A DNA stretch of 64,000 bases from an uncultured virus (IMG/VR IMGVR_UViG_3300027278_000010) (IMGVR_UViG_3300027278_000010); one strand, 5' to 3'; shown: positions 27,401 through 37,099, counted from the stretch's first letter. Made by a program: numbers and translations. The notes: generated from the letters alone by a model not told the origin.

Positions 27401-30400
27401 GGACATTCGCGTCAACCGGCTCAGCAAAGCTACCAAAGAAGCCAGACAGAGCTTCAATAGCTGGAGCCAAAGAACCAGACACAAGCAGCTCTGCTTCAGC
27501 AATTGCAGCATTGGTGTCTTTTTTGTGCACTTTGATATCAAGAGCCTGTGCAGCAGCAAGCATAAACAGCTTACGGCTTTTCCCTTGGTTCATATCGAGA
27601 GTGGTGCGAGTAGGCATGAACAACTCACGAACCATCTTGTTGGCTTGTGGGCTGTACTTACCAAGCATCTGCAAACGACCAACTCGGCTGATATTGAATC
27701 CGTAACGGAAGACAGTTTCACCCAGAGCTTTGCCGTTGTTCCGTGCGTAGTTCGACACAGAATCAAGGTAACCAGTCATGTGCTGGAAAGCTGCAACCAT
27801 GCCACGGTATTTGCCATCTTCAGATGCAGCGTGGTTGATGTTCAGTGTCTTTTGTTCCGGTGGAACCAACCCGAACAAATCAAGCACCTTGTCCATACCA
27901 AGCGACTGGTACAACGCAGCCATACGTGTATCCACGTAGTACGGCGTAGCCTGTTCGTTCTCAATAGCTTCCAACTGCTGTGGTGTGTTCTGCACAAGTG
28001 GGTTGCGCATCTGAGTAGGCGAGACAGGTGGGATTGCATCGTCACCAATGAAATAGGTCTCTTCCGGTTCCAGCATCACTGTCTGCTCAATGGCATCCAC
28101 AAACTTCAACAGTGGGGAACCTTCGCTGTCTTTGGTATCCCGAGCAAACACCATAGGAACAACACGTTCCGGGGTTTTAGGGGTAACACCTTCCACTTTT
28201 GGCAGGGCAATTTTTTTAATCGTCACTGCACCGTTGTCAGCAAAGACACGCAGAATCTCAGAAGCCATGACTTCAGGAATGCCTTTGGTGTAGCCACGCA
28301 GGCCATCCGGGGAAGCTGTAACACCCCAGTAATTTGTGATCTTTGCAGCCAGAGACTGCACAGCTTCAAAGGAGGCCATGCCTTCGTTGAAGTCAGTCAC
28401 CAAGTCCTCAGAGATGACTTCTTCGTTCAGCCCGGTGATTTCAGCCACATCAGTGTGATCCAGAATGGAGCCAAGCTGATCAGCAGTCAGCAGCCACTGG
28501 AGGCCGGCAAGAACAGCACCTTCAACCAATTCTTGGTTGTAAACAAAACTCCCATTTACCTCTTCAGTGATGTTCAGGATTTTGCCTTCAACCCAACGGT
28601 TCACATCCACACCGTTTTTGAATCGCTCACCAACACCTTTCTCGGTCAGGAATTTTCCAAGGTTCTTCTGCAAAGCAGAAACCATCTTGTCACCCAGACC
28701 TAGATAATCCTGGTACGCCGAGATCACGCCAACAGGAATGTCCGTGCCAGTTTTTTGTAGAACAGCCTGGTTCATCGAACTGCTAAGTGCTTGTTTTACA
28801 AAGGCAAGTGGCGCTTCAGTACCAATGGTACGAGTGCGTGGTTCTTCCGGCAGAGTAAACGACTTGGTGAAGTAGTTCACCTTGCCAGCCAGATAAGGGA
28901 AAAGTGCAGCCAGTCCCTGACCAACGGTGGGTGCTTTCACAGGTGCAGGCGCTACTGTAGCTACAGGAGCAACAGTCTCAGCCGGGGCATCGACAACTTC
29001 AGTTACAGGTTCTACCACCGTATCAACGGTTTCTTGGGTAGTTTCTGCTGTGACAGGTTGCACTTCTTCCTGAGCAACAATAGGTGCTTCCGGCACAACC
29101 GTACTGGTAGCATCAGACTCAGCAACAGACGAACGCTGCCGAGCCGCTTTGTAGTCCGAGAAAATCTCAGAAGCTGGTTTGTTCAGTGCCGAATCCAGCG
29201 GAGTAACATCAATATGTTCAACACTCAAATCGGGAAAGGCATCAGCCAACCCATTAAGCACGTCGGCCACGAAAGCCGCTTCACCGGCAATACGTTGAGC
29301 CTTTTCGATAGACTTTTGGTTGCCTGTGTTTACAAACAGACGGGTGTTAGACGACACCCAACTACGATCAGGGGTAAGGGAGTCATAACCGATTCCTGGA
29401 GCTTGCGGATTGCCCGCAACAAAATGTGCATTAAGGGCTTTGACCTTGTTGCCCATGTGCTCCGCAAATTCACGGAGATGGAGCAGGGTGTCAGCTGCGA
29501 GATCACGGTTACCCGCCTTCCACGCAGACATAACTTCCTGTGCAAACTGCACCGCAGATTTCCCCTTCTCACCGTCATCGGTCTTAATATTCCGGGATAC
29601 AAGTTCCTCACGGGAATTGAGTCCGAGACTTTCTGCTTTCGCACTAGCAGAACGTGCAGCACGAAGCAGAGCAACAGTCGTATCTAGTGCAGCCTTTTGT
29701 TCAGGGGTGACGGTCACGTTGCCCTTGGAAACCTGATACAGCACCTGTTCCACAGTCCCCAAATCACCTTTGCCTGGCTCAATAGAAGCCACGGCAATTG
29801 TGTTCTGTACGTTCTGCTGACCTTCAGGGGTAGCGACTGTCTCATCATTGATCACTGGAGGATTGGCTACTTGCTCAGCAGCTACTTTGGCTGCGATCTG
29901 GGCGATACGGGCCATGCCAGCAGTGACTTTGGGGCTACCCATAGCCGATGCCATCATCCCATCGTATTCACGCAGCATAGCGCCTGCTGGGCTGTTCTCT
30001 GGGATAGCGTCATCAGAGAACTCTTCGCTCATCAGAATGTTGTTGATTGGCTCAATGATCTGTTGCAGAGCGTAGCTTGCACTGAGTTGTTCAGACGAGC
30101 CGTCTTCCATTGCATCAATGACATCAACCAGACGTTGAGCAGCTTCGACACGGCTGCTTGAACCAACGAGAGCAGTACGGGCTGCTTCAGGCACATAGGG
30201 ATTTGCCAGCTCTGCTTCATCAAAGCGAGCTGCGGATACCAGCTTGTCGATGTAGCTGTTGGCTTTTGCTTGCTCTTCTGGAGCAGCTTCCGAAGTGGCC
30301 ACAGCCTCACGCATAGCAGCACTGGCTTCTTCTGCGTTAGCTGCTGCACCAGTTGCGGCTTCAAATACAACCGAGTCAGAGATCGGGGAGGCAGCTTCGT

Positions 30401-31808
30401 TTGCTTCACGTACAGCGTCAGCACGGGCACTCAGACTGCCACCAATTGCACTGCCAGCAGCAGCAAGTGTTTTAGCCCCGGTACGAACAGCAGCACCCGG
30501 ACCTTGGGTGATTGCGGTCATGCCTAGACCGTAGAGAGCACCCTCACCAACTTGACGGCCAACGCCTTCAGCCAAGTCTTTGTTTTCATTTGAGATTTGG
30601 GTTTCGGCATAGTTCTGTGCCAGCTGGGAAGCACCACCTTGGATAGCTTCTTCAGTTGGCTCACGAAGTAAGGTACTGGCAGCTTTGGCAATCCCCTGGT
30701 TTACGAAGGGCGCTGCTTCAAACTTGCTGACAAGCGAACCTGTTGCAGCCGCAACCGGGAAGGTGATGGCAGCAGACAGCAAACCAGTTTTGTTTGCCAC
30801 TTCAGCTTTGGCGTCTTCTTGGCTGACATTCTGGCCAATGAGTTCACGGTACATTGGCGACTCAGCCATGAGCGTTTCATGGTCACGGCCCATGATGTCG
30901 GATACGACTTGCTGGTAAGAGCCACCAGCCTCGATACCACCAATAGAAGTAAGCACAGGTGCTGTCTTGCTGATTGCAGCAGCAGTGCTTGCAGGAACGG
31001 CTGTCTTAACAGCAGTGGGCAACACTGCACCACCGAGGGCACGAACACCTTTGCTCAAAGGACCAGCTGCAAGCAGGGAACCAAGAGCATTCAATGTCCC
31101 GTCTGCGAGGGTTGAACCGTCCATAGTCGAGTTGGTAACGCTGTCGATTGCATCGCGGCCAATTCGTTTAAGGCCAGCCACAAAGTCACCATCGGTTTTA
31201 GCTTCAATGGTTTCTTTGTATGCGTTCTCACGCTCAGTGTTGAAGTTGGCAGCTTCCATGACTTCACGGCGATTTTGTAGGGAATCAGATTGGGTGCCTT
31301 TAGCCCAATCCATTGCTTCCCCAACTGCATCAGCAGTCCAAGCACCGGCATCTTGATCCAGGATACCCACGCCAAGCGAGGCCAGCCCACCCAGAGCACC
31401 ACCTAATCCGGTAGCAACACTGGTCACCCCATCAGCCACATCACGAATTGGGCTGGGGTTTTGCGAACTCATGTCGTACTGAACCTGAGCAGCAGCATTT
31501 GCACGCTCAGCAATCATGTCGGTAGCAGCACTGCCGTATTTGCCTCGCAGCTGTGCTGCATTCAAACCACGAATGTCTTGCTCAAGTTCAGGAGCTGCAT
31601 CATCAGGCAAACCAAGCAAACGACCAGCAGCCATTTGATAGCTGCTACCCAAACCTGCTTTTTTGGTCTCAGCAACAGAGGCAACCGATTCTTTCTTTTG
31701 ATCTAAAAGACTGGGTTGAGTTGGGGTCAGTTCCATCGCCGGAGCTTCCCACTTATTAGTTGAATCAGGGCCAGCTGCTTGAGAGAGCAGTTTGTTAATA
31801 TCAACCAT
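21438..31808 (-). CDS. Virion-encapsidated RNA polymerase (N4 gp50-like)
   Basis: 3456 aa; RVGRLQM, motif A EADGITNGP, motif B RGITKNPLTITIYG, motif C IFDG; no Cys seen. Confidence 0.97.
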   Translation of the reverse strand: MVDINKLLSQAAGPDSTNKWEAPAMELTPTQPSLLDQKKESVASVAETKKAGLGSSYQMAAGRLLGLPDDAAPELEQDIRGLNAAQLRGKYGSAATDMIAERANAAAQVQYDMSSQNPSPIRDVADGVTSVATGLGGALGGLASLGVGILDQDAGAWTADAVGEAMDWAKGTQSDSLQNRREVMEAANFNTERENAYKETIEAKTDGDFVAGLKRIGRDAIDSVTNSTMDGSTLADGTLNALGSLLAAGPLSKGVRALGGAVLPTAVKTAVPASTAAAISKTAPVLTSIGGIEAGGSYQQVVSDIMGRDHETLMAESPMYRELIGQNVSQEDAKAEVANKTGLLSAAITFPVAAATGSLVSKFEAAPFVNQGIAKAASTLLREPTEEAIQGGASQLAQNYAETQISNENKDLAEGVGRQVGEGALYGLGMTAITQGPGAAVRTGAKTLAAAGSAIGGSLSARADAVREANEAASPISDSVVFEAATGAAANAEEASAAMREAVATSEAAPEEQAKANSYIDKLVSAARFDEAELANPYVPEAARTALVGSSSRVEAAQRLVDVIDAMEDGSSEQLSASYALQQIIEPINNILMSEEFSDDAIPENSPAGAMLREYDGMMASAMGSPKVTAGMARIAQIAAKVAAEQVANPPVINDETVATPEGQQNVQNTIAVASIEPGKGDLGTVEQVLYQVSKGNVTVTPEQKAALDTTVALLRAARSASAKAESLGLNSREELVSRNIKTDDGEKGKSAVQFAQEVMSAWKAGNRDLAADTLLHLREFAEHMGNKVKALNAHFVAGNPQAPGIGYDSLTPDRSWVSSNTRLFVNTGNQKSIEKAQRIAGEAAFVADVLNGLADAFPDLSVEHIDVTPLDSALNKPASEIFSDYKAARQRSSVAESDATSTVVPEAPIVAQEEVQPVTAETTQETVDTVVEPVTEVVDAPAETVAPVATVAPAPVKAPTVGQGLAALFPYLAGKVNYFTKSFTLPEEPRTRTIGTEAPLAFVKQALSSSMNQAVLQKTGTDIPVGVISAYQDYLGLGDKMVSALQKNLGKFLTEKGVGERFKNGVDVNRWVEGKILNITEEVNGSFVYNQELVEGAVLAGLQWLLTADQLGSILDHTDVAEITGLNEEVISEDLVTDFNEGMASFEAVQSLAAKITNYWGVTASPDGLRGYTKGIPEVMASEILRVFADNGAVTIKKIALPKVEGVTPKTPERVVPMVFARDTKDSEGSPLLKFVDAIEQTVMLEPEETYFIGDDAIPPVSPTQMRNPLVQNTPQQLEAIENEQATPYYVDTRMAALYQSLGMDKVLDLFGLVPPEQKTLNINHAASEDGKYRGMVAAFQHMTGYLDSVSNYARNNGKALGETVFRYGFNISRVGRLQMLGKYSPQANKMVRELFMPTRTTLDMNQGKSRKLFMLAAAQALDIKVHKKDTNAAIAEAELLVSGSLAPAIEALSGFFGSFAEPVDANVPVIEASPELNGTIKKAFADAGVPLTPAALHVITELAWLGKLTPTQKATFTTNLYLEADGITNGPINAMMLFASGMFTTSWLKNMAKGGLFVNRGPMTANEQYSQYDKKDLYQATTDVLQEQVNTLRESLGNDPVMSKHLNELLSLMDSLLPTLSFDGTNLVLDRGITKNPLTITIYGSGATGIAAKLTKALADSMYEKMSLLAQARIDNPSISLADAVFNGDEVQAKKFTSALYRIGNYKVSLDKKKLVLEKVATSRNDGVDPQTYTLTPAEFSNIQSSMLHLFVQPMRNAIEQTVGAATMESAVLLRQATQVQSIILEQLFKDQVAAEMARKAKTDSDWTKTEFLSDKELKRIYKKLERFSPLIKTPHQTFYVAGSSSVDVNASQSSRALDGSFRTDAFIHGPKNAGVSGIPFLNIGAGDANMMQIASTMNGAPDRTLKIFDGVHLPLDLIQDGSVKMNEAVWETWMGNPMQAVADSYVAFMKEAPLTGYTDATRSALVRALFPPSMWKKPVPDAEIVAGMQNLVGKLTTAAESIEARHRVMAKVETSVDQMAAGASPYFKAGEIALTGMSNEEVTSELNALYQEELAELRKNKAPSGDSTAAILQVAQKHESGAFVMHSSDLKQFSKATTFPADQQKVLDEVTKSLAADGYKIVFGNPLKVNEYIKATGAAGAQGSAIPAGEIKGFTNVGEKTIYLFNPSTETLIHELIHASTFEKVLAYYNKQPMGTVEKESVQRIESMMKQFLAMEDNLDQPNQQLAQSYTDTVSAIKGYLNNASLPGSVAKAGALNEFMAWSLSNESLIRLGQRTMLDKMARIAREVVKAIKAIFFKKENAPYVGNDLFSNLLFNTAVVMRGNPTTAQRMASSVLYQNSQYGQDQRLTDVGVAYQTLIGRYLNAPIRAGEVAPRDAVDKGIMAGLNIGKSFQARGFSMTQQEAHVFENIITALATEAAIDPNAMATAQQLYSWVTKQLTVEHFMDDADSLNPATRYYAQEKFNSIMGKNLVENDLAGRSSLLPAFLALATVNAEFRSVLSGMKLPKTAKDTSGGLDALLTNAGNAAMDSLSSRLAGIKKGDITVDAAIDALNQRIADQVQNNETFIDQFAQTTGRGVDRANEIVIEGMTKLADAAYEKGADLNKAENNTITRAVGASAQAIGMILSEERGALAAQGLTEAMNKVNGWAPVRSLLNDLVGRTDSNAKIYDMIKGVRSVIQQARQQFREDLPTLIADKFTRSLSKKEWSSLFRGMGKTDLAVLRAYFDNNAIRKMLTDEQDLAAKITTLENYIQGIDPANYATYQRKMVQLAKYMNTGVAGQYLLRNAEAISMLIGQEIQGTFQPKDATFVASIDQLVTMYSLQDLAVEDKAVLAQLAKDETVGMDFALDYLVGQRKEEVSKATPRARLNAFKGHIPSEPASSLSMVVADDKDFAKLRGKSYVRVGDYVGSKAEKSKFKKGYYFAPVAARATFEQGIMQNVRTSVSGVDAVTGYSNLATAGRVTSPVMLKRFATAMLKDNTEAESLMPVFGENGELVAVERALDPVMMERMQGETSLAVSIGIWRGRQHEESIAGIYNKALVDAQYEMYSKDIAEDASKQDQYVDLFGSNLDPVVADAVSLLTPETRAHIQSVFGSEYYVRKDMLEDAMGYRSASIGDAWTGNTRWSPETQKAVQNLAISAFGNKAYQYLTNAERITNNLVSDMRVLIVVKSVVVPVANLMSNVFQLVGRGVPLANIVRGMPKKTAEIDAYVKSRLRMIEAEAELRAAVGKPIAERRLQAEIRSITDSHKRMSIWPLIQAGEFSSISDAGVSRDEIMLSEGRLHAYIENAVNKLPQPLGTLGRYALITKDTALFQGLQKAVEYGDFLGKALLYDDLVKRQGKSKEYALGRITEEFVNYDRLSGRFRATLENLGLLWFYNFKIRSTKVALSMIRNNPVHALIAGAAPAPSLFGSVGLPTTDNIFSKLVDGSLDYSIGPGQGLSAPELNPWMNLVQ

Positions 31809-31843
31809 TGTGGTGTCCTTGCGATGTAAGTTTGTAGGGGAGC

Positions 31844-31873
31844 TTTATACCATAAAAAATCAAACAGGCACAA
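31844..31873 (-). promoter_or_regulatory. Putative sigma70-type late promoter for vRNAP gene
   Basis: Minus strand TTGTGC-18 nt-TATAAA with extended TG. Confidence 0.5.
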
Positions 31874-31896
31874 AAAACCCCACCTAAGTGGGGCTG
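31872..31896 (-). terminator. Intrinsic terminator
   Basis: Minus strand gcccca(c)/(g)tgggg hairpin followed by T6. Confidence 0.7.
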
Positions 31897-31915
31897 ATTG
31901 TTGCACCGTTCTTAC

Positions 31916-33727
31916 TCACTGACCAGACTGCTGTTGGCTTTGAAGCAGAGCCTGAAGATTCCGCTCAGCCATTGCCAACTCGTTACGGTAACGAGGAATG
32001 GTGTCCTTGATACCGGGCTGAGTGCGGGCACGCTGAGTGACTGCAACCAATGCTTGTTGAGCAGCAGCATACTGCTGTTGGGCAGTGCTGATTTTACCCA
32101 TCACTGCTGTACGAGCTGCGTTGGTCAAAGCCTGGTCAACAGAAGAACCACTGTTGTGGGCTTTGATTGCAGCTTCGATTCCATCGTCAGAAACACCAAC
32201 CTCATCACCCCAATTGCTATCAGTGAAACCGGTATTGCCGTCTGCCCACACTGGATTAGAGACAGCAAAGTTTCGCTGAATAATGGCACCTGCTTGGGCA
32301 GCGTTAATGGTCGGAGTACCCTTACCGCCATACTCTTCCTTGGCACTGTTATTCATGATTTCAGTGACTTTCTTGGCAATCTTAACCGGGTCACTTCCTT
32401 TAAATTCACCCTCACTCAATTGTGTGGATACAGATAATGGAGTGGCGTTATTGCCAAAGTTCTTCACCAAATCCTGAGCAGCATTGGAAGCTACATTGCC
32501 TGCCATCAGCTCTTGGCCGGACACTGCCAAAACTTCTTCAGTGGCACGATTGATGTTTGGGTCAGCCACCCATTCATCCACATTACCGGGTCCAGCGTTG
32601 TACGCTGCCAGAGCCTGTTCCACGTTGCCGTCATACTTACGCAGCATGGCAGTCAGGTAGTCTTTACCAAAACGACGGTATTCCTCTTCTGATTGATTTT
32701 GGAGAGGTTTTACGCCGTAACCAGGGTCTTCCCCAGTTGCTCGCATAACCTGAGTTACACCACGAGCACCCTTGGAAGAAACTGCACTGTTGTCGCCACC
32801 AGACTCTTTCTCAATAAGGAAAGGCATCAGCTTTTCAGCTTTCTCCTCAATAGAGCCAGTCAGTACACCGGCCTTACCCGTGATGGTTGAAACGTAATCA
32901 CGGGTTTCCGCAAACGGAATATTCGCAGCAAAACCAGTAGAACCTGAACCAACAGGAGTACCAGCAGCAGGGGCTGTGCTGCCGCCAATTGGTGCATACA
33001 AGCCAGGAAACAGACGACTCAATGCAGCAGTCGCATTGTTCCGAGCACCTGGAGTAAGGTCCATTTGCTCCAAGCCAAGACGTGCATCGTCGGCATTTGC
33101 CGATTGACGCATGATGTCATTGACTGCGGAAATAGCCGACTGGGTATCTGAATCAGACCGCACAGCTTGCTGATTGCTCAAGCGACGGGAATCAGTAACC
33201 AGAGCACCACCCTCTAAACCTTGGATGTTTTTCATGGTGGATACGATCTGGTCAGCTGGAAGCATGGAAAGCTGTGGACCGTACTTCTCTTGTGCAGCAG
33301 CAATGCCTGCCTGATCACCACGAGCAGCAGCTTGGCTGATTGCCATAAGCCCCTCACGAGCAGCGTCCGTGTTGGTGTCTACTTCCTGAGTACGATTCAA
33401 CGCATATTGATTCGTGGCGTTGGTCAGAAGGGAACCAACACGATTACCCAACACGCTCTGTGCTTGGGAAGAAACGTGAGCTGGGTTGATGCCAGCCATG
33501 ATCTCACCAGATGCCAGAGCAGTTTTGTAAGCCTCTGGGTCTTGGTATTTATTGGCAGCAGCCAGTGCAGCAGCATCCGCTTCTTCAGTACGGCCTGCCT
33601 TGAATTGCTCCAAACCATCACCGATGGATTTAAAGGCATTCGACAGCAGTTGGCTCGAAAGACGTTGCCCTTCGATTGCCCCACTGAACTGAGGGGCATC
33701 TACGTTACGCCAAGTAAGAACGGCCAT
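31916..33727 (-). CDS. Ejection protein (N4 gp51-like) with lytic transglycosylase domain
   Basis: LTWRNVDAP N-terminus; ESGG...AVSSKGARGVTQVM, ALAAYNAGPGNV, IPFAETRDYV. Confidence 0.88.
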   Translation of the reverse strand: MAVLTWRNVDAPQFSGAIEGQRLSSQLLSNAFKSIGDGLEQFKAGRTEEADAAALAAANKYQDPEAYKTALASGEIMAGINPAHVSSQAQSVLGNRVGSLLTNATNQYALNRTQEVDTNTDAAREGLMAISQAAARGDQAGIAAAQEKYGPQLSMLPADQIVSTMKNIQGLEGGALVTDSRRLSNQQAVRSDSDTQSAISAVNDIMRQSANADDARLGLEQMDLTPGARNNATAALSRLFPGLYAPIGGSTAPAAGTPVGSGSTGFAANIPFAETRDYVSTITGKAGVLTGSIEEKAEKLMPFLIEKESGGDNSAVSSKGARGVTQVMRATGEDPGYGVKPLQNQSEEEYRRFGKDYLTAMLRKYDGNVEQALAAYNAGPGNVDEWVADPNINRATEEVLAVSGQELMAGNVASNAAQDLVKNFGNNATPLSVSTQLSEGEFKGSDPVKIAKKVTEIMNNSAKEEYGGKGTPTINAAQAGAIIQRNFAVSNPVWADGNTGFTDSNWGDEVGVSDDGIEAAIKAHNSGSSVDQALTNAARTAVMGKISTAQQQYAAAQQALVAVTQRARTQPGIKDTIPRYRNELAMAERNLQALLQSQQQSGQ

Positions 33728-33737
33728 GATTTACCCC

Positions 33738-34181
33738 TTAGCGGCTCAGGCTATTTTTCTGAAGGTAGGCTTCAGCATCTTGTTGCGAACCACCTTCAGT
33801 AGCAGTACGGGAACGAATCCGATCAGCCAAAGCCGTGTTGTACGATTTGATCTGGTTGTTCAGATTGGTGTTGGTGATCTTTTTGGTGAAATCAAACTGA
33901 TCTTCTGCCAGACCTTGGGCTTTGCTTGCACCCCAAAGGTTACCCAAAGCAGCAAGACCACCAAGAGCCAATTGGCCTGTACCAATGTTCATCCCCAAGC
34001 CACTGCCGGCAGTGGGAGGTACAACACCAGCATTTGTGCCAGGCACATTGCCAATAGTCATACCAGCTGCCGTGTCACCAGCAGGGAAAGCGGTAGCACC
34101 ATTGCCACTGCCCATGCCTAGCATGGAAGAGAGTTGCTCCCAAAGGCTGTTTGTGGCGATGCCGTTGTTTGTCTGGGCCAT
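33738..34181 (-). CDS. Structural/ejection protein (N4 gp52-like)
   Basis: Gly-rich hydrophobic segment; NLNNQIKSYNTALADR motif; synteny. Confidence 0.8.
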   Translation of the reverse strand: MAQTNNGIATNSLWEQLSSMLGMGSGNGATAFPAGDTAAGMTIGNVPGTNAGVVPPTAGSGLGMNIGTGQLALGGLAALGNLWGASKAQGLAEDQFDFTKKITNTNLNNQIKSYNTALADRIRSRTATEGGSQQDAEAYLQKNSLSR

Positions 34182-34190
34182 TTGGCTACC

Positions 34191-36221
34191 TCAATTCAGT
34201 TCGGTGCTAATCGACAGATCGGCAAAGTTGCGGAGCATTTCGATACTCAACGACGCCAATTCACTGCCTGTCATCAGGGTACGGGACAGAAACGATTCCC
34301 GGTTTTCCCCTGCCTGTAAAAATACATCAGTAAAGCTCATGGGGTTAATCACCCCTTCGCCTCCGAAACCTAGATTTGCAGCGGTTGCCGCATTGATCTC
34401 TTCAACTTTGGCTTCGTAGGTTTGAACCATTTCATTGGTTTTTGCCTGTATGCCTTCAGCACTGCTTTTCAAATAATCAGCATAGGCGTTGCCTACAGAA
34501 GCGGTGATCTTGAGCAGGTTATCAGCACGGGTAAGCTCACCAACCATAGACCCCATAGGTTGTCCAGTAGAGTAACTGGTTCCGTATGCGATTGCGACGA
34601 TGCCTGCAATTGTACCTACAATCGCACCAATCTCTTCACCAAAAAGAGCAGTTGCCCCTGCTTGGATGATCTTCATAATCAGCATCGCAGCAATGGCGTT
34701 TGCCAGTGTTCCCACCAGAATAGCCATTGCTCCCGTAAAGCCTAAAGCCGCACCCACAGCAGCAGCTGTACCAAGTACCCCTCCCCCACCAGCAGCTAAA
34801 CCCCCACCAGCACCAGCAGTAAACACAGTGATGACAATAATCACGATGATCAAAATGATTTTGAAAATCGTTGTTTGATACCACTTCTGTTTCACTTCCT
34901 CGTAGGAGTTGAAAACGATATAGGCATTGGCATTTGCCATCTGGGTTGCATGAACCAAACCAGTTGCCCGGTAAATCTCCTCATGGAGAGGAATGATAAA
35001 ACCAGACACCTCACTGTCATTGATTGCATCTTGGGCACTGATTCCAACACCCTTGCCTTTGTAAATCTTGTTCTCATGGTTGAGGCCAAAGATCATCAGA
35101 AACTCGTAATACTCAGAGTCAATCTGGTGATAGATGTAGGTAAAGCTGTTCGCAAAAGTGACGTGGTATTCACCGGCAAATGCGTCAGGTTTGAACTTAC
35201 CAAATCCCTGATAGCGTTGGATGTTTGACCAGCCAATACGCATGTCGTAATCCAGCTTGCCGGTTATACGCAACACACTTCCTGCACCGGAATATTCCTC
35301 ATACAAGTAGTTGAAGAACTGGTACAGATACCGTTTGCTGGAGTTGTCCTTGGTATTAAGGGATACACCAAAAACAATGTAAGCATGGTCAATGTCACCA
35401 ACAGAATCGTTGTCTGCGATTTTATCAATCAGCTCATCAATGTTCCCGTTTTGAATGGCTTTCTTATAGCCCTTCTTCACTTGTTGGTAGATGGAACCAT
35501 TGTGGCTAGGAGACAAGAACTGGCTGTTATGTCGAATAGGCAAGTACGGAAAAAATGCCCCACCATCCTTAGACAAACTGAACATTTCTTCAAAAGCTAG
35601 GTTGTCGCCATTCTCTTTGTACATCAGGAACTGTGACGGACCTTCTACACCAGCTTCACTTGTGATGGTGTACTCAGCGTAGAGGTAACGAGAATCTGAA
35701 CTGAAATCAGTCAAGGTTTCTGTGTAGACAGTCGGAACTGTTTGCCCAACTTGAAGTGGCAATGTAATGGTCATCACTGAAGAAACAGAGTCGTAATCGA
35801 CTGTGTATTCCAGCTCCACTTCTGTTGGGTGATTATCGTACATATAGGCATCAGCCCAGTACGTGTAATCACCACCAGCAATAACAGCACTTTTTACAGT
35901 GACAACTTCTAAAGCAGTGTGTGGAATGGCAGCAGCCACAACAGCTTCATCAACATCAGAAGCATCCACAAACTGACTTCCTGTCATACCCAAGACAGCG
36001 TTGAATTGGCCTTGCTTGGCCCAACGTAAAAAGGAACGCATACGCATTCCCGGTCCTTTGATCAAACTCTGTTGTATCGCCCCAGTGAGATCAGACTTGT
36101 TGTCAAAAATCACAGATGAGGCGATTACAGTTTTGATGTACCCAATAGGAGGTTCGTCACCGGCCAAGTTGTAAGTGGTCGATGACACGTAGATTTTTTT
36201 CTTTCCACTGAACCAACCCAT
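34191..36221 (-). CDS. Virion structural protein (N4 gp53-like)
   Basis: MGWFSGKKKIYVSS start; KWYQT followed by hydrophobic Gly/Ala tract; synteny. Confidence 0.82.
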   Translation of the reverse strand: MGWFSGKKKIYVSSTTYNLAGDEPPIGYIKTVIASSVIFDNKSDLTGAIQQSLIKGPGMRMRSFLRWAKQGQFNAVLGMTGSQFVDASDVDEAVVAAAIPHTALEVVTVKSAVIAGGDYTYWADAYMYDNHPTEVELEYTVDYDSVSSVMTITLPLQVGQTVPTVYTETLTDFSSDSRYLYAEYTITSEAGVEGPSQFLMYKENGDNLAFEEMFSLSKDGGAFFPYLPIRHNSQFLSPSHNGSIYQQVKKGYKKAIQNGNIDELIDKIADNDSVGDIDHAYIVFGVSLNTKDNSSKRYLYQFFNYLYEEYSGAGSVLRITGKLDYDMRIGWSNIQRYQGFGKFKPDAFAGEYHVTFANSFTYIYHQIDSEYYEFLMIFGLNHENKIYKGKGVGISAQDAINDSEVSGFIIPLHEEIYRATGLVHATQMANANAYIVFNSYEEVKQKWYQTTIFKIILIIVIIVITVFTAGAGGGLAAGGGGVLGTAAAVGAALGFTGAMAILVGTLANAIAAMLIMKIIQAGATALFGEEIGAIVGTIAGIVAIAYGTSYSTGQPMGSMVGELTRADNLLKITASVGNAYADYLKSSAEGIQAKTNEMVQTYEAKVEEINAATAANLGFGGEGVINPMSFTDVFLQAGENRESFLSRTLMTGSELASLSIEMLRNFADLSISTELN

Positions 36222-36223
36222 AA

Positions 36224-37078
36224 TTACAACCCGTTGTTTGCCCGAATGACGCTCAACACATCGTTGACAGCTGCGTTTTGGAACTGGGTCGGAGCCAGCA
36301 AACCTTCATCAATGGTCTTCTGAGTGATCCAAGCATCCGAGAACATCTTGGCTGCTTTGGTCTCCGCATCACGCTGATAGCTCGTGATCTGCTGGAGGTA
36401 CAGCTTCTTCTGCGTACCCATGATGCCTGTGACTGCTGCACCATCAGTACGGTAATCAAGAGTCTGAGCACGTTGTACTTCGGTCTGCTCAACCACCATT
36501 GCACGCTGACGCTCAAGAAGAGTCAGCTGAGCTGGCAGCATGTTTTCCAGGTTGAATTGGGCAGTGCAGTAAGCGACAGACTCACCTGCGAGCTTCAGCT
36601 TGGTCAGTGCGAAATTAGCCCGTTGGTTCAAAGCTTCCAACTGAACAGCAGCCAATTGAACTTTGGCAGTTTCCAGTTGAACCAAGGCAGTAATCGCCTG
36701 CACTTGCGCAGACTGGGCTTGCCAGAAAGACTGGTCACGATTGATCAAAAAAGAAACAGCGTTGCTCATGGCACTTTCAGTAAGTGCGACATACGCCTTG
36801 GTGTACTCAGCACCGGTAATTCGACCTTTCTCAAATTCAAACTTTAGGTGTGCACCCATAGCTGTCATGAGGGAGTCGAAAGCACCTTTACCGTCAACAA
36901 CGCGCTCGGTCAATTGCTCCAGTGTAATTGGGGCAACAGGCTTAAACAGAGCACTGTTAGTACCACCTGGAAAAGTGTACTTGCCGTCAGACAAGTCAAC
37001 ACTGGGAATGGTGAAATCTTCCCCAGCAGTCAAGGATGCAATAAGGGCATTAGCCTCTAATTCAACACCACAGCTCAT
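36224..37078 (-). CDS. Virion structural protein (N4 gp54-like)
   Basis: GAFDSLM, GRITGAEY, WITQKTIDEG motifs; synteny. Confidence 0.82.
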   Translation of the reverse strand: MSCGVELEANALIASLTAGEDFTIPSVDLSDGKYTFPGGTNSALFKPVAPITLEQLTERVVDGKGAFDSLMTAMGAHLKFEFEKGRITGAEYTKAYVALTESAMSNAVSFLINRDQSFWQAQSAQVQAITALVQLETAKVQLAAVQLEALNQRANFALTKLKLAGESVAYCTAQFNLENMLPAQLTLLERQRAMVVEQTEVQRAQTLDYRTDGAAVTGIMGTQKKLYLQQITSYQRDAETKAAKMFSDAWITQKTIDEGLLAPTQFQNAAVNDVLSVIRANNGL

Positions 37079-37099
37079 CTACTTTTCCTCTCTTAAAAT

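Noticed and set aside
11498..31808. Introns, inteins or homing endonucleases in polymerase, primase or vRNAP
   Set aside because: ORFs are continuous, of expected size, and show no such motifs
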